DNA of 63,585 nt, filler included, from Chiloscyllium plagiosum (taxonomy: Eukaryota): the NCBI RefSeq assembly GCF_004010195.1. It is 4 parts of one record of this genome, joined end to end, with 100 filler letters (N's around TTAATTAATTAA, not from the genome) between each part and the next. Parts side by side here need not be neighbours in the genome. Positions count along the whole stretch, not along the records: positions 28,126 to 41,925 come from NC_057716.1; positions 42,026 to 56,423 come from NC_057716.1; 2 more parts are not named here. One strand, given 5' to 3'. The number at the start of each line of letters is the position of its first letter. The stretch's first letter is position 1. Under the pieces are notes generated by a model. It worked only from the letters and a program-made list of their open reading frames with translations. It ran no database searches and was not told the DNA's origin. The position numbers and the translations under genes are program-made. This document shows, piece after piece, positions 36,090 to 48,850 of the stretch.

Positions 36090-38700
36090 ATTTTTTTTTT
36101 AAGTTACCCCCACACTACCGCCTAACTGCGGTAGTGCTTATTTTTTCCCCCAGCACCGATGACGTGTGTGTGCAGGTGTGAGACACAGTGAAAGACACAA
36201 GGTGCATGAATCTTTATTCAAATTTTCACCACCAGGAAGAAAAGAAACATCCGAGCGGCCACAATCTGCGGTTGCAGGGGACTGCTGCGTGCAGCACCCT
36301 CCACCCCAGATCCCCGAGAGAAAGGGGGAGGACTCCCGCGTAGAGAGCCCTCCACTGGGGATCCCCACCGCCTGGTGGCAAATGGGCACGCCAAGGCGTG
36401 TCCGGAGGGTGGATGAGGGAGAAGAGGTGGACTGTGTGCAGCAGCAATCGATACAGGGCCCGACTTTTTACGTCCTTTAAAGGGACAAAATTAAAATTTC
36501 GGAGGCGGCTCAGGTTGTGGGGCACAGGCTCCCGCGGGAAGTACGGGACCTTGGGGCCAATGTGAAATTCCGTCCGGGCTGGGGTGAGCGCGGACGGGAT
36601 CCCACCGCACACCTGAGCGTCCTCCAACTGGTGTACTACGTCGGGTCCGAGCACCGCCGTTTTGAGGCGTCGGATGGCGGTGGCCACGTACTGGACGTCT
36701 ACCCCTGGTTTTATTTATTTTTTTTTTATTTTTTTCTTTTAATTTTTTTTTTCCTTTAACCCCCACACTACCACCTAAGTGCGGTAGTGCTTATTTTATC
36801 CCCAGCACCCATGGTGTGTGTGCGCAGGTGTGAGACACAGTGAAAGACACAAAGTGCACCAATCTTTATTCAAATTCCACCTCCTGTTTATCCTTTTTTT
36901 TTAGTGCTTATTTTGTCCCCAGCACCCATGGTGTGTGTGTGCAGGTGTAAGACACTGTGAAAGACACAAAGTGCACGAATCTTTATTCAAATTACACCAC
37001 CGGGAAGATAGGAAAACACCCGAGTGGCCAGTGACAAACACTGCCCTTCACATCAAAGAACAGTGCTGTGTGATCAAAACAGTGAAGAGGGGCAGGCAGT
37101 CGGGCCTAATGACCCCCTCCAAGGCCCACTGCCTGGACCTGTTTATATTTTTGCAGGTGTGAGACACAGTGAAAGACACAAAGTGCACAAATCTTTATTC
37201 AATTTCCACCACCAGGAAGATAGGAAAACACCCAGGTGGCCAGTGACAAACACTGCCCTTCACATCAAAGGACAGTGCTGTGTGATCAAACAGTGAGGGG
37301 GAGGGTAGGGACTAAATCAAAATAGAATTGGAGGGAGAAATGATGCACTCCACTCCCTGAACACTCCTGTTTTTTCTTTTTTTTTAAATAAAAATTTAAC
37401 CCCCACACTACCGCCTAAGTGCGGTAGTGCTTATTTTAACCCCAGAACCCATGGTGTGTGTGTGCAGGTGTGAGACACAGTGAAAGACACAAAGTGCACC
37501 AATCTTTATTCAATTTCCACCACCAGGAAGATAGGAAAACACCCGAGTGGCCAGTGACAAACACTGCCCTTCACATCAAAGGGCAAGCACACCTGTTTTT
37601 TTTTTCCTTTTTTTTTTATTTTAACCCCCACACTACCACCTAAGTGCGGTAGTGCTTATTTTATCCCCAGCACCCATGGTGTCTGTGTNNNNNNNNNNNN
37701 NNNNNNNNNNNNNNNNNNNNNNNNNNNNNNNNNNNNNNNNNNNNNNNNNNNNNNNNNNNNNNNNNNNNNNNNNNNNNNNNNNNNNNNNNNNNNNNNNNNN
37801 NNNNNNNNNNNNNNNNNNNNNNNNNNNNNNNNNNNNNNNNNNNNNNNNNNNNNNNNNNNNNNNNNNNNNNNNNNNNNNNNNNNNNNNNNNNNNNNNNNNN
37901 NNNNNNNNNNNNNNNNNNNNNNNNNNNNNNNNNNNNNNNNNNNNNNNNNNNNNNNNNNNNNNNNNNNNNNNNNNNNNNNNNNNNNNNNNNNNNNNNNNNN
38001 NNNNNNNNNNNNNNNNNNNNNNNNNNNNNNNNNNNNNNNNNNNNNNNNNNNNNNNNNNNNNNNNNNNNNNNNNNNNNNNNNNNNNNNNNNNNNNNNNNNN
38101 NNNNNNNNNNNNNNNNNNNNNNNNNNNNNNNNNNNNNNNNNNNNNNNNNNNNNNNNNNNNNNNNNNNNNNNNNNNNNNNNNNNNNNNNNNNNNNNNNNNN
38201 NNNNNNNNNNNNNNNNNNNNNNNNNNNNNNNNNNNNNNNNNNNNNNNNNNNNNNNNNNNNNNNNNNNNNNNNNNNNNNNNNNNNNNNNNNNNNNNNNNNN
38301 NNNNNNNNNNNNNNNNNNNNNNNNNNNNNNNNNNNNNNNNNNNNNNNNNNNNNNNNNNNNNNNNNNNNNNNNNNNNNNNGCTCGGCAGACCAGCCCGTCG
38401 ACAGAAATGGATCAGGTCCCGGACCAGGTGGATGTTGTCGTGTATCCTCCAGCCCGGGACCGTGTAGGACTGGTCCGGGTGAATCATGTGGGCCAGCACG
38501 GAGGCCAGGCGGGAAGACAACACCCTGGCGAAGATTTTGTAGTCCGTGCTGAGGAGGGAGACCGGACGCCAGTTCTTTAGCGAACGAAGGTCCCCCTTCT
38601 TTGGCAGCAGGACAATGACTGCCCTGCACCAAGAAAGGGGCAGCAGTCCGGCATTTAGATACTCCCCCAGGACCTGTGCGTAGTCGCCCAGGACATCCAA
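36090..38700 (-). mobile_element. Tx1-clade non-LTR retrotransposon cluster: ORF2 RT and C-terminal fragments plus stacked 3'UTR copies; N-gap 37689-38379
   Basis: LLPKKGDLRSLKNWRPVSLLSTDYKIFAR...IHPDQSY..PG.RIHDNIHLVRD (38380-38700) and QWRALYAGVLPLSLGDLGWRVLHAAVPCNRRL (36260-36480); repeated 3' unit with AATAAA and poly(A) on the minus strand. Confidence 0.85.
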
Positions 38701-39294
38701 AATGGTGTTTTTTTTTTTGTTTTTTTTTCCTCCCCTTTAAAATGGTGTTTTATAGCAGTCAAAAAGGACTGAGGACCTTAATTGCCATTTAATTGGCAAA
38801 TTAAAGGGCCTCAATGGGCCTAAGGCTGGGTGGCCTTAATTGGGATTCGAATTGCCCCTCAGTTTCTGGGGAATACCCAAGGGAAAATTCAGTAAGAAAA
38901 ACACAGTAATCCATGGAAATGAACTTGCAGGTCATACTAGAGTTCCATTTTGACATATATAATACCAGTATGTTTCTTAGCACGTTTTATTAGTTTTTCC
39001 TTCTGAATGGTACAGGGGTGGGTGAGGAGGAACTGGATAATCTTCCAAAACGTCAACACTTCCACTGCAAACATGCCCTGTGGGAGGTCACAAAACCCAG
39101 CTCGGGTTTTTCTTTTGAAATCATTTCTTTAAAAGCACCGTTCAATAATAATTGGTCAACCTCTGACAACTATCCCTTACAAATGGCCATTTCTACACAA
39201 ACACTGTCACTTGAACTTTAAAATGTCAGCTGCTTTAAGTTCAGTGCATTTTGTGATGTTCAGAGACAGAGAAGAGAAATGCAAAATTGTAATG

Positions 39295-39390
39295 AAAACA
39301 GAAATTGATGGAGAAGTTCAGCAGGTCGAGCAGCATCTGTGGAGAGAAATCAACGTTAATGTTTTAGGTCAAGTGACCCTTCCCCAGAAC
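39295..39390 (-). mobile_element. Short degenerate PLE terminus (another subfamily)
   Basis: CAGCAGGTCGAGCAGCATCTG block shared with the other PLE ends, plus a decayed hammerhead-like segment. Confidence 0.55.
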
Positions 39391-40239
39391 TCAGATGCAA
39401 AACAGTAGTTTTTAAAAACTTTATTACCATCTTTAAATTCAGCCTTCCTTTTTTAAAAAAAACTGGACTGACAAGATTAATGCTAAATGTCATATGAAGC
39501 CAGTTGACAACAATTCTTTTGAATTTCTGAACTGCATTAACAAGAGGACAAAATAAGGATACATATGGCTGGAAACCCACTGCAATATGGTTTATGTGAG
39601 GTTTTTCTCTGCATTATCCTGGTGTTTTCATTGTGAATTTATTTTTAGTTACGATTCAGTAAACATAACGTGCAATAACTGAAATGTCCATTGTTTGTAA
39701 ACTGAGAAACCCAGGATCTAACTCCGGCAGGAAGAACGCCATTTGGCTCACATGCTGCCGAGTTTGAGGAATGATGGAGGACAGAAATTGTCATTGGAAT
39801 TCTGTCAGTGGGCAACATTGAGAAATGGTTTATAGAGGATAGATATTAAGTTTCTGACTCGCTAGCTGTGCAAGGAAATGAGGATTTCACTTCCATTACA
39901 GAGGATTAACTAGACAATATCCATGCGGCATGACTGTCAGGGTCCATGTCCAGAGATCAGTCTAATGGACATTTTCAGTCAGACAGGGAATGGTTAGAGG
40001 ATTTTGCAAGCTTCATTAAGTCCAAGGCTTGAGCTGGGCTGAGGATGGTGGCAAGGAGAGTGGAAACCTGATGGGGAAAAGGGTAATCACAGGATTAAAG
40101 ACGGAGAGGGTTGCATGGAACAGAAGTTTTTGGGGAAGTTCAGACACAGTAGGAAATATAGGAGGGTGAATTAAAAGCCTTGTCCTGAGATCGGAGGCCT
40201 CAAGTGGTGCAATTTACAAATTACAATTTACACAGAAGA

Positions 40240-41010
40240 CTCAGATGGAGGACATAAGATATTCTTGCAAGATTTGCTAATGTACAAATATAAGAAAAAA
40301 CGTTCAGAAAGAGATTAGCTAGGTGAAAAGAAAGTGGGCTCTGGCAAATGGACCATAACATGGGAAAACATAAAATTGTCCATTTTGGCAGGAACAAAAG
40401 AAAATAAGAAGTTTAAATGGTGAGAGATTGAAAGCTTCGAGATGCAGATGGATTTGGGTATCTTCATACAGCAAGAAATGAGGAAAGCTATTTGAACATC
40501 ATCATTTGTCATGAGGGGAATTAAATAAAGTAGGGATGTTATGCTACAGTTATACAGAACATTGGTGAGATCCATCTGGACTTCTATGTACAGTATGGGT
40601 CACCTTATTTAAGGAAGGATGTAATGTGTTGGAAGCTGTTCAGGGAAAGTTTATTGGACAAATACCTGGAATGGGCAGCATGACTTGTGAAACTTGTATC
40701 TATTGCAGTTTAAGACAGGAAGAGATGAATTGATTGAAACAGAAAGTCAAGGGTTGCCTATTTGAGACAGATTTGACAAACAAAATATCATTGCGAATCA
40801 CTCTTCCTGAGAACATGGTGGAAGCAGAGCCCTTGAAAACTTTTAAGGCAGAGGTAGATATATTCTTGCTAATACAAGGGTTGATGGGTTATTGGGAATG
40901 GACAGGAAAGTGGATTTGAGATGACAATCAGATCAATCATGATGTATTTGAATGGCGAGCCAACCCATTTTCGTTGTACAGCCTGCTCCTGTTCCTGAGT
41001 TGTATGTTCA
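40240..41010 (+). mobile_element. Old CR1 RT C-terminus and 3'UTR
   Basis: VMLQLYRTLVR..L...VQYGSPYLRKD and FKAEVD motifs. Confidence 0.75.
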
Positions 41011-41532
41011 GTCAAGTACTTCAGTCAGAGAGTTATTGAAAGCTTTGGGGTATTGGGGGGAGAAACAAGATGTGGGTGGGTGGGGTGGGTTGGGGGAGGT
41101 TGAGCACCTTAAGAGTGTTGGATGATACTTTTTTTAAACACTGGTATCCATATATTAAATGAGGCAACAAAAGACTTTCAGAGACTTACAAGCATTTTAT
41201 TGTAAATCCATAGTTTAGCACAAACACCAGTTTCCATGTTTCCCTTTTGGAGCCAGCATCTCATTGGATAAGGACACAATTGGGTAAGGACTCTTCTGTT
41301 TAAAAAAAGACTCATTTTTTAAAACAATAAACTCACCACAAATTAAACAAAATAATTAACAAGTCACTAACAGTGCTTACAGAGACAGCGTCACAAAACA
41401 GCAATGATGTAAAAAGGAAAAAAACCTACTATCAAGCTAACCAATCACCTCATTAACAGACAACAAGTTACAAAGCCTGCCCACCAGTGGCAGTGTAAGA
41501 ATAAGAAAAATCAAGAAAAAGTAGAAAACAAA

Positions 41533-41752
41533 GAGTTTGCACATTCTCCCCATGTCTGCATGGGCTTCCTTCGGTGCTCCGGTTTCCTCCCACAGTCCTA
41601 AAAATTCAGTGTTCAGAGATGTGTTAGTTAGGAGTAAAATGTGCAGTAATAGGGTAGGGGAATGAGTTGGGTGGGATACTCTTTAGAGGGTTGGTGTGGA
41701 CTTGTTGGGCTGAAGGGCCTGTTTCCACACTGTAGGGATTCTATGATTCTAA
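41533..41752 (+). mobile_element. 5'-truncated HE1 SINE
   Basis: GAGTTTGCACATTCTCCCC...GGTTTCCTCCCACAGTCC...GGGCCTGTTTCCACACTGTAGGGATTCTATGATTCT. Confidence 0.8.
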
Positions 41753-41925
41753 ATAATACACCACAGCGACCCTGGTGCTTTTCTCTCTGTTAAAGCTTCC
41801 AGGCACTGGCAGACGCCCTTCTGGAACAGAAAGGGCATGAACCTAAGCCTCCTGACAAAGAATTAGATTAGATTAAATTAGATTCCCTACCGTGTGAAAA
41901 CAGGCCCTTTGGGCCAACCAGTCCA

Positions 41926-42025
41926 NNNNNNNNNNNNNNNNNNNNNNNNNNNNNNNNNNNNNNNNNNNNTTAATTAATTAANNNNNNNNNNNNNNNNNNN
42001 NNNNNNNNNNNNNNNNNNNNNNNNN
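41926..42025. other. Artificial scaffold spacer
   Basis: 44 N + TTAATTAATTAA + 44 N. Confidence 0.95.
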
Positions 42026-42780
42026 TCTCATCCTAACATAAGCCTTCTTCTTCCTCTTGACCAGAGATTCCACTTCCTTCGTAAACCACGGCTCCCGTGC
42101 TCTACAGTTTCCTCCCTGCCTGACAGGTACATACTTATCTAGGACACACAGTAGCTTTTCCTTGAATAAGCTCCACATTTCTAATGTGCCTATCCCCGGC
42201 AGTTTCCTTCTCCATCCTATGCTTCCTAAATCTTGCCTAATCGCATCATAATTGCCTTTCCCCCAGCTGTAACTCTTGCCCAGTGTTATGTACCTATCCC
42301 TTTCTATCACTAAAGTAAACATAACAGAATTGTGATCGCTATCACCAAAGTGCTCACCTATTTCCAAGTCTAACCCCTGGCCGGGCTCATTACCCAGTAC
42401 CAAATCCAATGTGGCCTCACCCCTTGTTTGCGTGTCTACATACTGCGTCAGGAAGCCCTCCTGCACACACACTAGACAAAAACTGACCCATCTATAGTAC
42501 TCATACTATAGTGTTCCAAGTCAATATTTGGAAAGTTGAAGTGCCCCATGACAACTACTCTGTCTCTCTCACTCCTATCGAGAATCATCTTTGCTATCCT
42601 TTCCTCTACATCTCTGGAATTATTCGGAGGCCTGTAGAAAACTCCCAACAGGGTGACCTCTCCTTTCCTGTTTCTAACTTCAGCCCATAATACCTCAGTT
42701 GACGAGTCCCCAAACATCCTTTCTGCAACTGTCCTTGACCAACAATGCCACACCTCCCCCTCTTTTACCATCTTCTCTGA
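42026..42780 (-). mobile_element. CR1 ORF2 APE endonuclease region
   Basis: GVFYRPPN, VMGHFNFPNID, TRGEATLDLVL and GDSDHN motifs. Confidence 0.9.
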
Positions 42781-43399
42781 CATATGAAGTTTCCCTGATA
42801 TTCCACATTTGTGATATTCCATGGGTTCAATGTGGAACTTTGTCACTCACTGGCTGATTTTACATCTACATTCATGTTTTGGTTGCAGAGTTCTTTTTAA
42901 AAAATACATATATTTTGCAGTTAAAGGCTAACAATGTCCATGACAAGCTGTCAAATAATTTGCCTGCCCATTGACATGTTGACATCCTTCAGTAGTCAAT
43001 TAATGACCGCTATGGGGTTCATCCCACAAGTGGCCATATTATACATGTAACAGATGAGGCCCACACTATTCTAAGAGCCTTTAGATGCATGCCAGCTGGT
43101 GTTGGACAGGAGGCTGGATGCACTTGATCCATTAGGGGCAAACCTCTCAATATCTTCCTGCTCTTTAATCCTGTCTCGGACACTTGAACCAGATCTCAAG
43201 CTCCTCCAACCTCATCACTGAGACTCCTGACCCAAACATACCTAGACTCCTTGTGTGTTGGAACTGCCTGTAATCCAGCATAGCCACTATTCCAGGAGGG
43301 CCTGGAGCTACAAACCAGCTGATAGGCTGCTAGCTGTCTAAGGTGGGGCTTGCTCCTGACAAAAGTGCAGAGGTCTCCCTTTAAAGCATTAGCATTTCC

Positions 43400-43587
43400 A
43401 TATAATCAGTGCAGTGTATAAGTGGGCCACTTGGCCCATTGAGTCCACACCAACCCTCTGAAGAACATCCCATCCAGACCCAACCCTTGCCCTATCCCTG
43501 AAACTCTGCACTTCTCATGGCTAATCTACCTAGCCTGTACATCCCTGGACACTATGGGCAATTTAGCATGGCCAATCCACCTAACCT
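43400..43587 (-). mobile_element. HE1 SINE 3' fragment
   Basis: GAGTCCACACCAACCCTC...GGGCAATTTAGCATGGCCAATCCACCTAACC. Confidence 0.7.
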
Positions 43588-44039
43588 TCTTCCAGAGTTA
43601 TGTTCCAACAGGACAGCAACTGGGATCATGGATGGACCCTCCACCCAACTTTACAGCTAGAAGGGACTGCAACACTTTGTAAAATCTAGCCCATTTGTGA
43701 TGGATTTATCATTTGTCCCATAAAGTTAGTATACATTGTAAATGTTACTCACAGCAGCTCTTGCAACACTTATTGGAAGAAACTCTTGACATTTGTTAGA
43801 ACAGCCCACAAGTTATCTCCAAATTTGCATCACTCTCACATTCACAAGAAGCCTGCAATGTAATTATCAGTTGAGATGCCAAGCTCATTAGCTGGTAGTT
43901 CCTATGCACTGCCAACTCACTCACTCAGGGTACTTCCCACCTGCACAAAAAAATAATAGTTGTACAATTCATCTTCTGTAAAAGCAGTCTCAGTGGCATT
44001 GAGGGTTGAAAACAGCCCCAGCGATGAAACTCAGGATGG

Positions 44040-45381
44040 GGTGGTAAGCAAGGTGTTGGAAAGGATTCTGAGAGATAAGATTTATGACAATTTGGAAAAG
44101 CGTAGTTTGATTAAAGTTAGTCAGCATGGCTTTGTATGGGGCAGGGTCATGCCTCACGAGCCTTATTGAGTTCTTTGAGGGTGTGACGAAGCAAGTTGAT
44201 GAATGTTGAGCAGTGAACGTGGTGTATATGGATTTCAGTAAGGCATTTGGTAAGGTTCCACATGGTAGGCTCACTCAGAAAGTTAGGAGGTATGGGGTAT
44301 AGGGAAATTTGGTTGTCTGAATACAGAATTAAGTGGCTGAAAGCAGACAATGAGTGTGAGTGGATGGAAAGTATTCCACCTGGAAATTGGTGACCAGTGG
44401 TGTCCTGCAGGGATCTGTTCTTGGGCCTCTGCTCTTTTTTATAAATTACTTGGATGAAGAACTGGAAGGGTGGGTTAGTAAGTTTGCTGATGACACAAAG
44501 ATCGGTGATGTTGTAGATCGTGTCAAGGGCTGTTGCAGGCTACAACAAGACATTGACAGGATGCAGAGCTGGGCTGAGAAGTGGCAGATGGAATTCAATC
44601 TGTATAAATGCGAAGTGAATAATTTTGGAAGGTTGAAGTTGAATGCTGAATACAGGGTTAAAGACAGGATTCTTGGCAGTGTGGAGGAACAGCGGAATCT
44701 TGGGGCCCACATACATAGATGCCTCAAAGTTGCCACCCAAGTTGATAGGGTTGTTAAGAAGGCCTATGGTGTTTTGCCTTTATTAACAGGGGGATTCAGT
44801 TTAAGAGCCATGAGGTGTTGCTGCACCTTATAAAACCCTGGTGAGACCACATTTGGAATATTGTGTCCAGTTCTGGTTGTCTTATTGCAGAAAGGATGTA
44901 GATGCTTTAGAGACGGTGCAGAGGAGATTTACCAGGATGCTTCTTAGGTTGGAAAGCTTGTCTTAGGAAGAGAAGTTAATTGAGCTAGGGTTTTTCACAC
45001 TGGAGAGACAAAGGAAGAGAGGTGACTTGATAGAAGTGTACATGGCAATGAGAGGCATAAATGGAGTATATTGCCAGAGACTTTTCCTCAGGGCAGAAAT
45101 GGCTGTCATGACAGGTCATAATTTTAAAGTGATTGGAGAAAGGGAGATGTCAGAGGTAGGTTCTTTATGCAGATAGTGGTGGGTGTGTGAAATGCAGTGC
45201 TAGCGGTTGCAGTAGAGTCAGAGGCATTAGGGATATTTAAATGTCAGCTGGACAAGCACATGAATGGCAGTAAAATAAGAGGTGTGTAGGTTGGATTGAT
45301 TTTAGATTAAAATAAATGCTTAGCACTGCATTGTGGGCTGAAGGGCCTGTACTGTGCTGTAATGTTCTGTGTTCTATGTTC
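44040..45381 (+). mobile_element. 5'-truncated CR1 LINE (RT + 3'UTR + tail)
   Basis: SQHGF, QGSVLGPLLF, KFADDTK and WQMEFN motifs; tail GTTCTGTGTTCTATGTTC. Confidence 0.9.
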
Positions 45382-46166
45382 AAAGCCCCTGACTGGTATT
45401 GAAGGCTGCCCTTGTCTTACTGAGCCATGATCCCTCAAGCAAAGACCATCTCCCTTGACTTGACTGAGGATTGCTGACAACCACGACAAGCTTCCAGTCT
45501 TTGTGATAGACAAAAGTAATTTGATCCTCATTTCGCCGGCTGACGGGACAAAGAGCAAAAATGAAAAGCAAGGCAATCCGAGCAGGGATGCTTTGAGTTG
45601 CCAGGTAGACTCAGAATGAGTGAGTACTATGACAGCTAGCAAGGAGTCTGGAGATGCAGCCTGGTCCAGTCCATTAGCTGGGTGCATGTCCCTATGTGCA
45701 CAGAGTCCTGCAAGATTGTCATGATAACTGCCATTGCAGAAGCATCCTTTAAGTGGATTGCCTTGCTATGAAGATTCTTGGAGACTGGCACTTTGTGGTT
45801 GCCAATGTCAGTGGAGAAGTAGTACATGTGGCCAGCACTGAGGTGTTGCCACCCAGTGTTCAGAGCAAGCAGTAGTTCCAGCTGAACTCACCAGTTACTC
45901 TCTCTGATTACCAGAATAAATAATCCCTCATTACTTGCAACTCACTGCCACTTTGCAAGGAACTTGTCATACCACTTGTGGAAATCATAAAAGATGGAGC
46001 GAGATGTTCCTGATATGAGATGGGCCTCATTAAATGTCTTGTCCAATTCCGCCATAAATCTCACCATAGCCCACTTTGCTCAGACCCATGTAAGATTATG
46101 TTAGATTCTCAGTACTGTAAGTGTAAAGAAACTATTATTAACCAATTAATATTTCCTTACAGTACC

Positions 46167-47660
46167 AAGTTAAAAATCACACACCAGATTATAGTCCAAC
46201 AGGTTTATTTGGAAATTCTAGCTTTCAGGGCGCTGCTCTGTCATCAGGTGGTTGTGGAATATAAGATCGTAGGACACAGAATTTATAGCAAAAGTTTGCA
46301 GTGAGATGTAATTGAAATTATATATTGAAAAAGACCTGGATTGTTTGTTAAGTCTCTCATTTTTTAGAATAAGAGTGTTGGTTTCAGTTCTTTCATATGT
46401 AAATTTCAGAACTTTCTTAAAGTTATATTCTCAAGTGAACTTTAACAATAAGTGCCATGTTGGCCCAGATAATGCATTGAAGGTGTGAGGTGCCCTGTGT
46501 GAGATTGTCTGTGCCCCAATGATCAGACTGATTCTAACCTAAAAAAGGGATTTAAAAAATCTTACATGAATTCATGCAGTTTTTGAGCAAAATAAAATGT
46601 AATTTTGCAAGTACAAATTCACCCCACAAACTTATTTGTGTGTGTGTATATATGTGAGTGCATGTGAGTGTGTGTGTGTGCAGGAGGGTATGAGTGTCTG
46701 TGAGAGAGTATGTGTTTGTGTGTGAGTGTAATGGGGTATAAGCCTGTGAGAGGGTGCATATAAGTGTTGGATGGGTATGTGTGTGTGAGTGTATGAGAGA
46801 GCTTGTGTATGAAAGAGGTCTGGAGGAGTGTGTCTGTGCATGTGTGTGTGCTTGTGTACATATATGTGAGAGAGTGTATAGTGCAGCGGGGTCACCTGCA
46901 GTGTGACATGAACTCAAGGTCCCGGCTGAGGCCATCCCCATGAGTACCAAACTTGTATTTTTATGGTGCAATCGGGTCACCTGTAGTGTGACATGGACCC
47001 AAGGTCCCGGTTGAGGCCATCCCTATGGGTACCAAACTTGGCTATCAGCCTCTGCTCAGCCACTTTGTGTTGTTGCCTGTCCCAAGGTCCGCCTTGGAGG
47101 ATGGTCATCCAAAGGTCTGAAGTTGAATGTCCTGGACCACTGAAGTGTTCTCCGACTGGAGGGAACCCTCCTGTCTGTTGATTGTTGTGTGGTGTCCATT
47201 CATCCATTGCTGCAGCCTCTGCTCGGTCTCCCCAATGTACCATGCAGGAATCCTTGCCTGCAGCATATGAGATAGACAATGTTGGCTGAGTTACATGAAT
47301 ACCTGCCGTGAACATGGTGGGAGGTGTCCCCACGTGTAATGCTGGTATCCGTGTCGACATTCTGAAATGTCTTGCTGCATCTACCATGACAAGATTGTAT
47401 GGTGTTGTCCTGAAAGCTGGGCAGTTTGCTGCAAAAAATGATCTGTTTGAGGTTTGGTGGTTGTTTAAAGGTGAGCAGTGGAGGTGTGAGGAAGGTCTTG
47501 GTGAGGTACTCATCCTCATTGATAATGTGTTGCAGGTCACGAAGATCATGGCATAGTTTCTCAGCTCCTGGGAAGTACTGAACAACGAAGGGTATCCTGT
47601 TGGTTTGCAGCACCTGTCTGTCTCCTGAGGAGGTTGTTACGATTTCCTGCGAATCATGCT
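46167..47660 (-). mobile_element. Second, older PLE family B copy (GIY-YIG region, TG-rich 3' region, pLTR)
   Basis: ORFs 47200-47613 and 46977-47585 are homologous to 30594-31325; probable TSD TT(A/C)CAGTACC at 46157-46166 and 47660-47669. Confidence 0.85.
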
Positions 47661-48499
47661 TCCAGTACCGATTGACAAAATTACAATGTAATCATCAGCC
47701 AGTGTTTAAAGATTGTCATTTTTAAATGTTGGTTAGCATTGAACTCTGATCTCTTCGAAATCTGGTTCAGTTTACAAGAGGTATTTCAATGCACAATTCA
47801 TTCCATCAACTGCTTTCAATGAGCTCTCTAAAGAACAAACACATTTTTTTCTCTCTGGATATATATTATCTTTTCTCACATAGGCTCTCTCATGTGTAAG
47901 TCTTTGATCAACTTGTAATTTTACTCAAAACCTTGTCGTCTTCTGCTGGTGACCACTTCTTTATTTAGACTACATTTCCGACTGAATTAAAGAGATAGGA
48001 CAGAAAATAATGAATAAAAAAGAGTGAAAATTATGCTGTTCATCAGAATTTGACAGCAGAGAACAGAAGGAGGTATACGTTAGATTGGAGTTGTGAAAGA
48101 AAATACTGAATCTAAACGAGAGAAAGGAAGAGATTATCTAAGCTAATACAGAATGATTAAAATAAAACAAACAATCAAGATTCAGTCAGGTTACAAAGTA
48201 AGTCTCATTTTCGAAATTAAGTTGGCTGGAGTAGACTCAAAATAAATCAGATCTAACAGCAAAGAAAGAATGAATAAATTAAAGCAGTTCTTCAAAAAGT
48301 ACTTTATTGTATAGAATAAATCAAAGCATTGACTAATTAGAGTTTTCTGAAAGGAAGGAAACTAATTTCAAGCCTTTCTGTTTGAATTATAGTTCTTAAT
48401 AAGCAATGCTGCAGCAGACTGACTGACTCATTCAATCAGTACAAAACTGGTTCACTTTTCGACTCATTGTGACCTAGTCTCTTAGTCAGGACAACACTC

Positions 48500-48850
48500 C
48501 TGTCATGGACAAGTGGGCAAGAGATGGGAATGTCCTCCACTCAGACTGTCCTGAAACACCTCAGCAGAGCTTCTTCAATGTCTTGATAAGCAGCCATTCT
48601 CATTTTCTTCCTTGCCTGAGTCAAAGCCTGCTTGCCAACTGTTTCAAGATGTTCACCTTGTTGTTTCAGAATGGTTGACAAACCTGATGGTATAAACCCC
48701 AACTCCTTTGTGATGCCTGCTTGCTTCACACCATAGATTTCTCTGCTTATTGGATCAACTTTATCTTCTCTCCAGTCAGCAACACATCCAGCTTTCTCAC
48801 AAGTTTAGCCACACTCTCAGGCTTTGTACCTCCATTCACAGGAAGATTTC
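48500..48850 (-). mobile_element. Tigger/pogo (CENP-B-like) transposase N-terminal HTH fossil
   Basis: RKLDVLLTGEKIKLIQ...KQAGITKELG..PSGLSTILK...RKKMRMAAYQDIEEALLRCF resembles the psq-HTH and CENP-B HTH of TIGD/Tigger proteins; contains stops and a frameshift. Confidence 0.7.

Noticed and set aside
36100..37690. Repeated units with a hairpin that superficially resemble a CRISPR array
   Set aside because: Units are long, variably truncated, poly(A)-linked LINE 3' ends in a vertebrate genome, with no unique spacers or cas genes
37633..38700. ORFs of 271-355 aa
   Set aside because: They span a 691-N gap; only 38380-38700 is real Tx1 RT sequence
47641..47690. Minus-strand VNRYW resembling the PGAP1 VNNYW segment
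   Set aside because: No suitable splice acceptor, stops upstream, and it straddles the PLE junction/TSD
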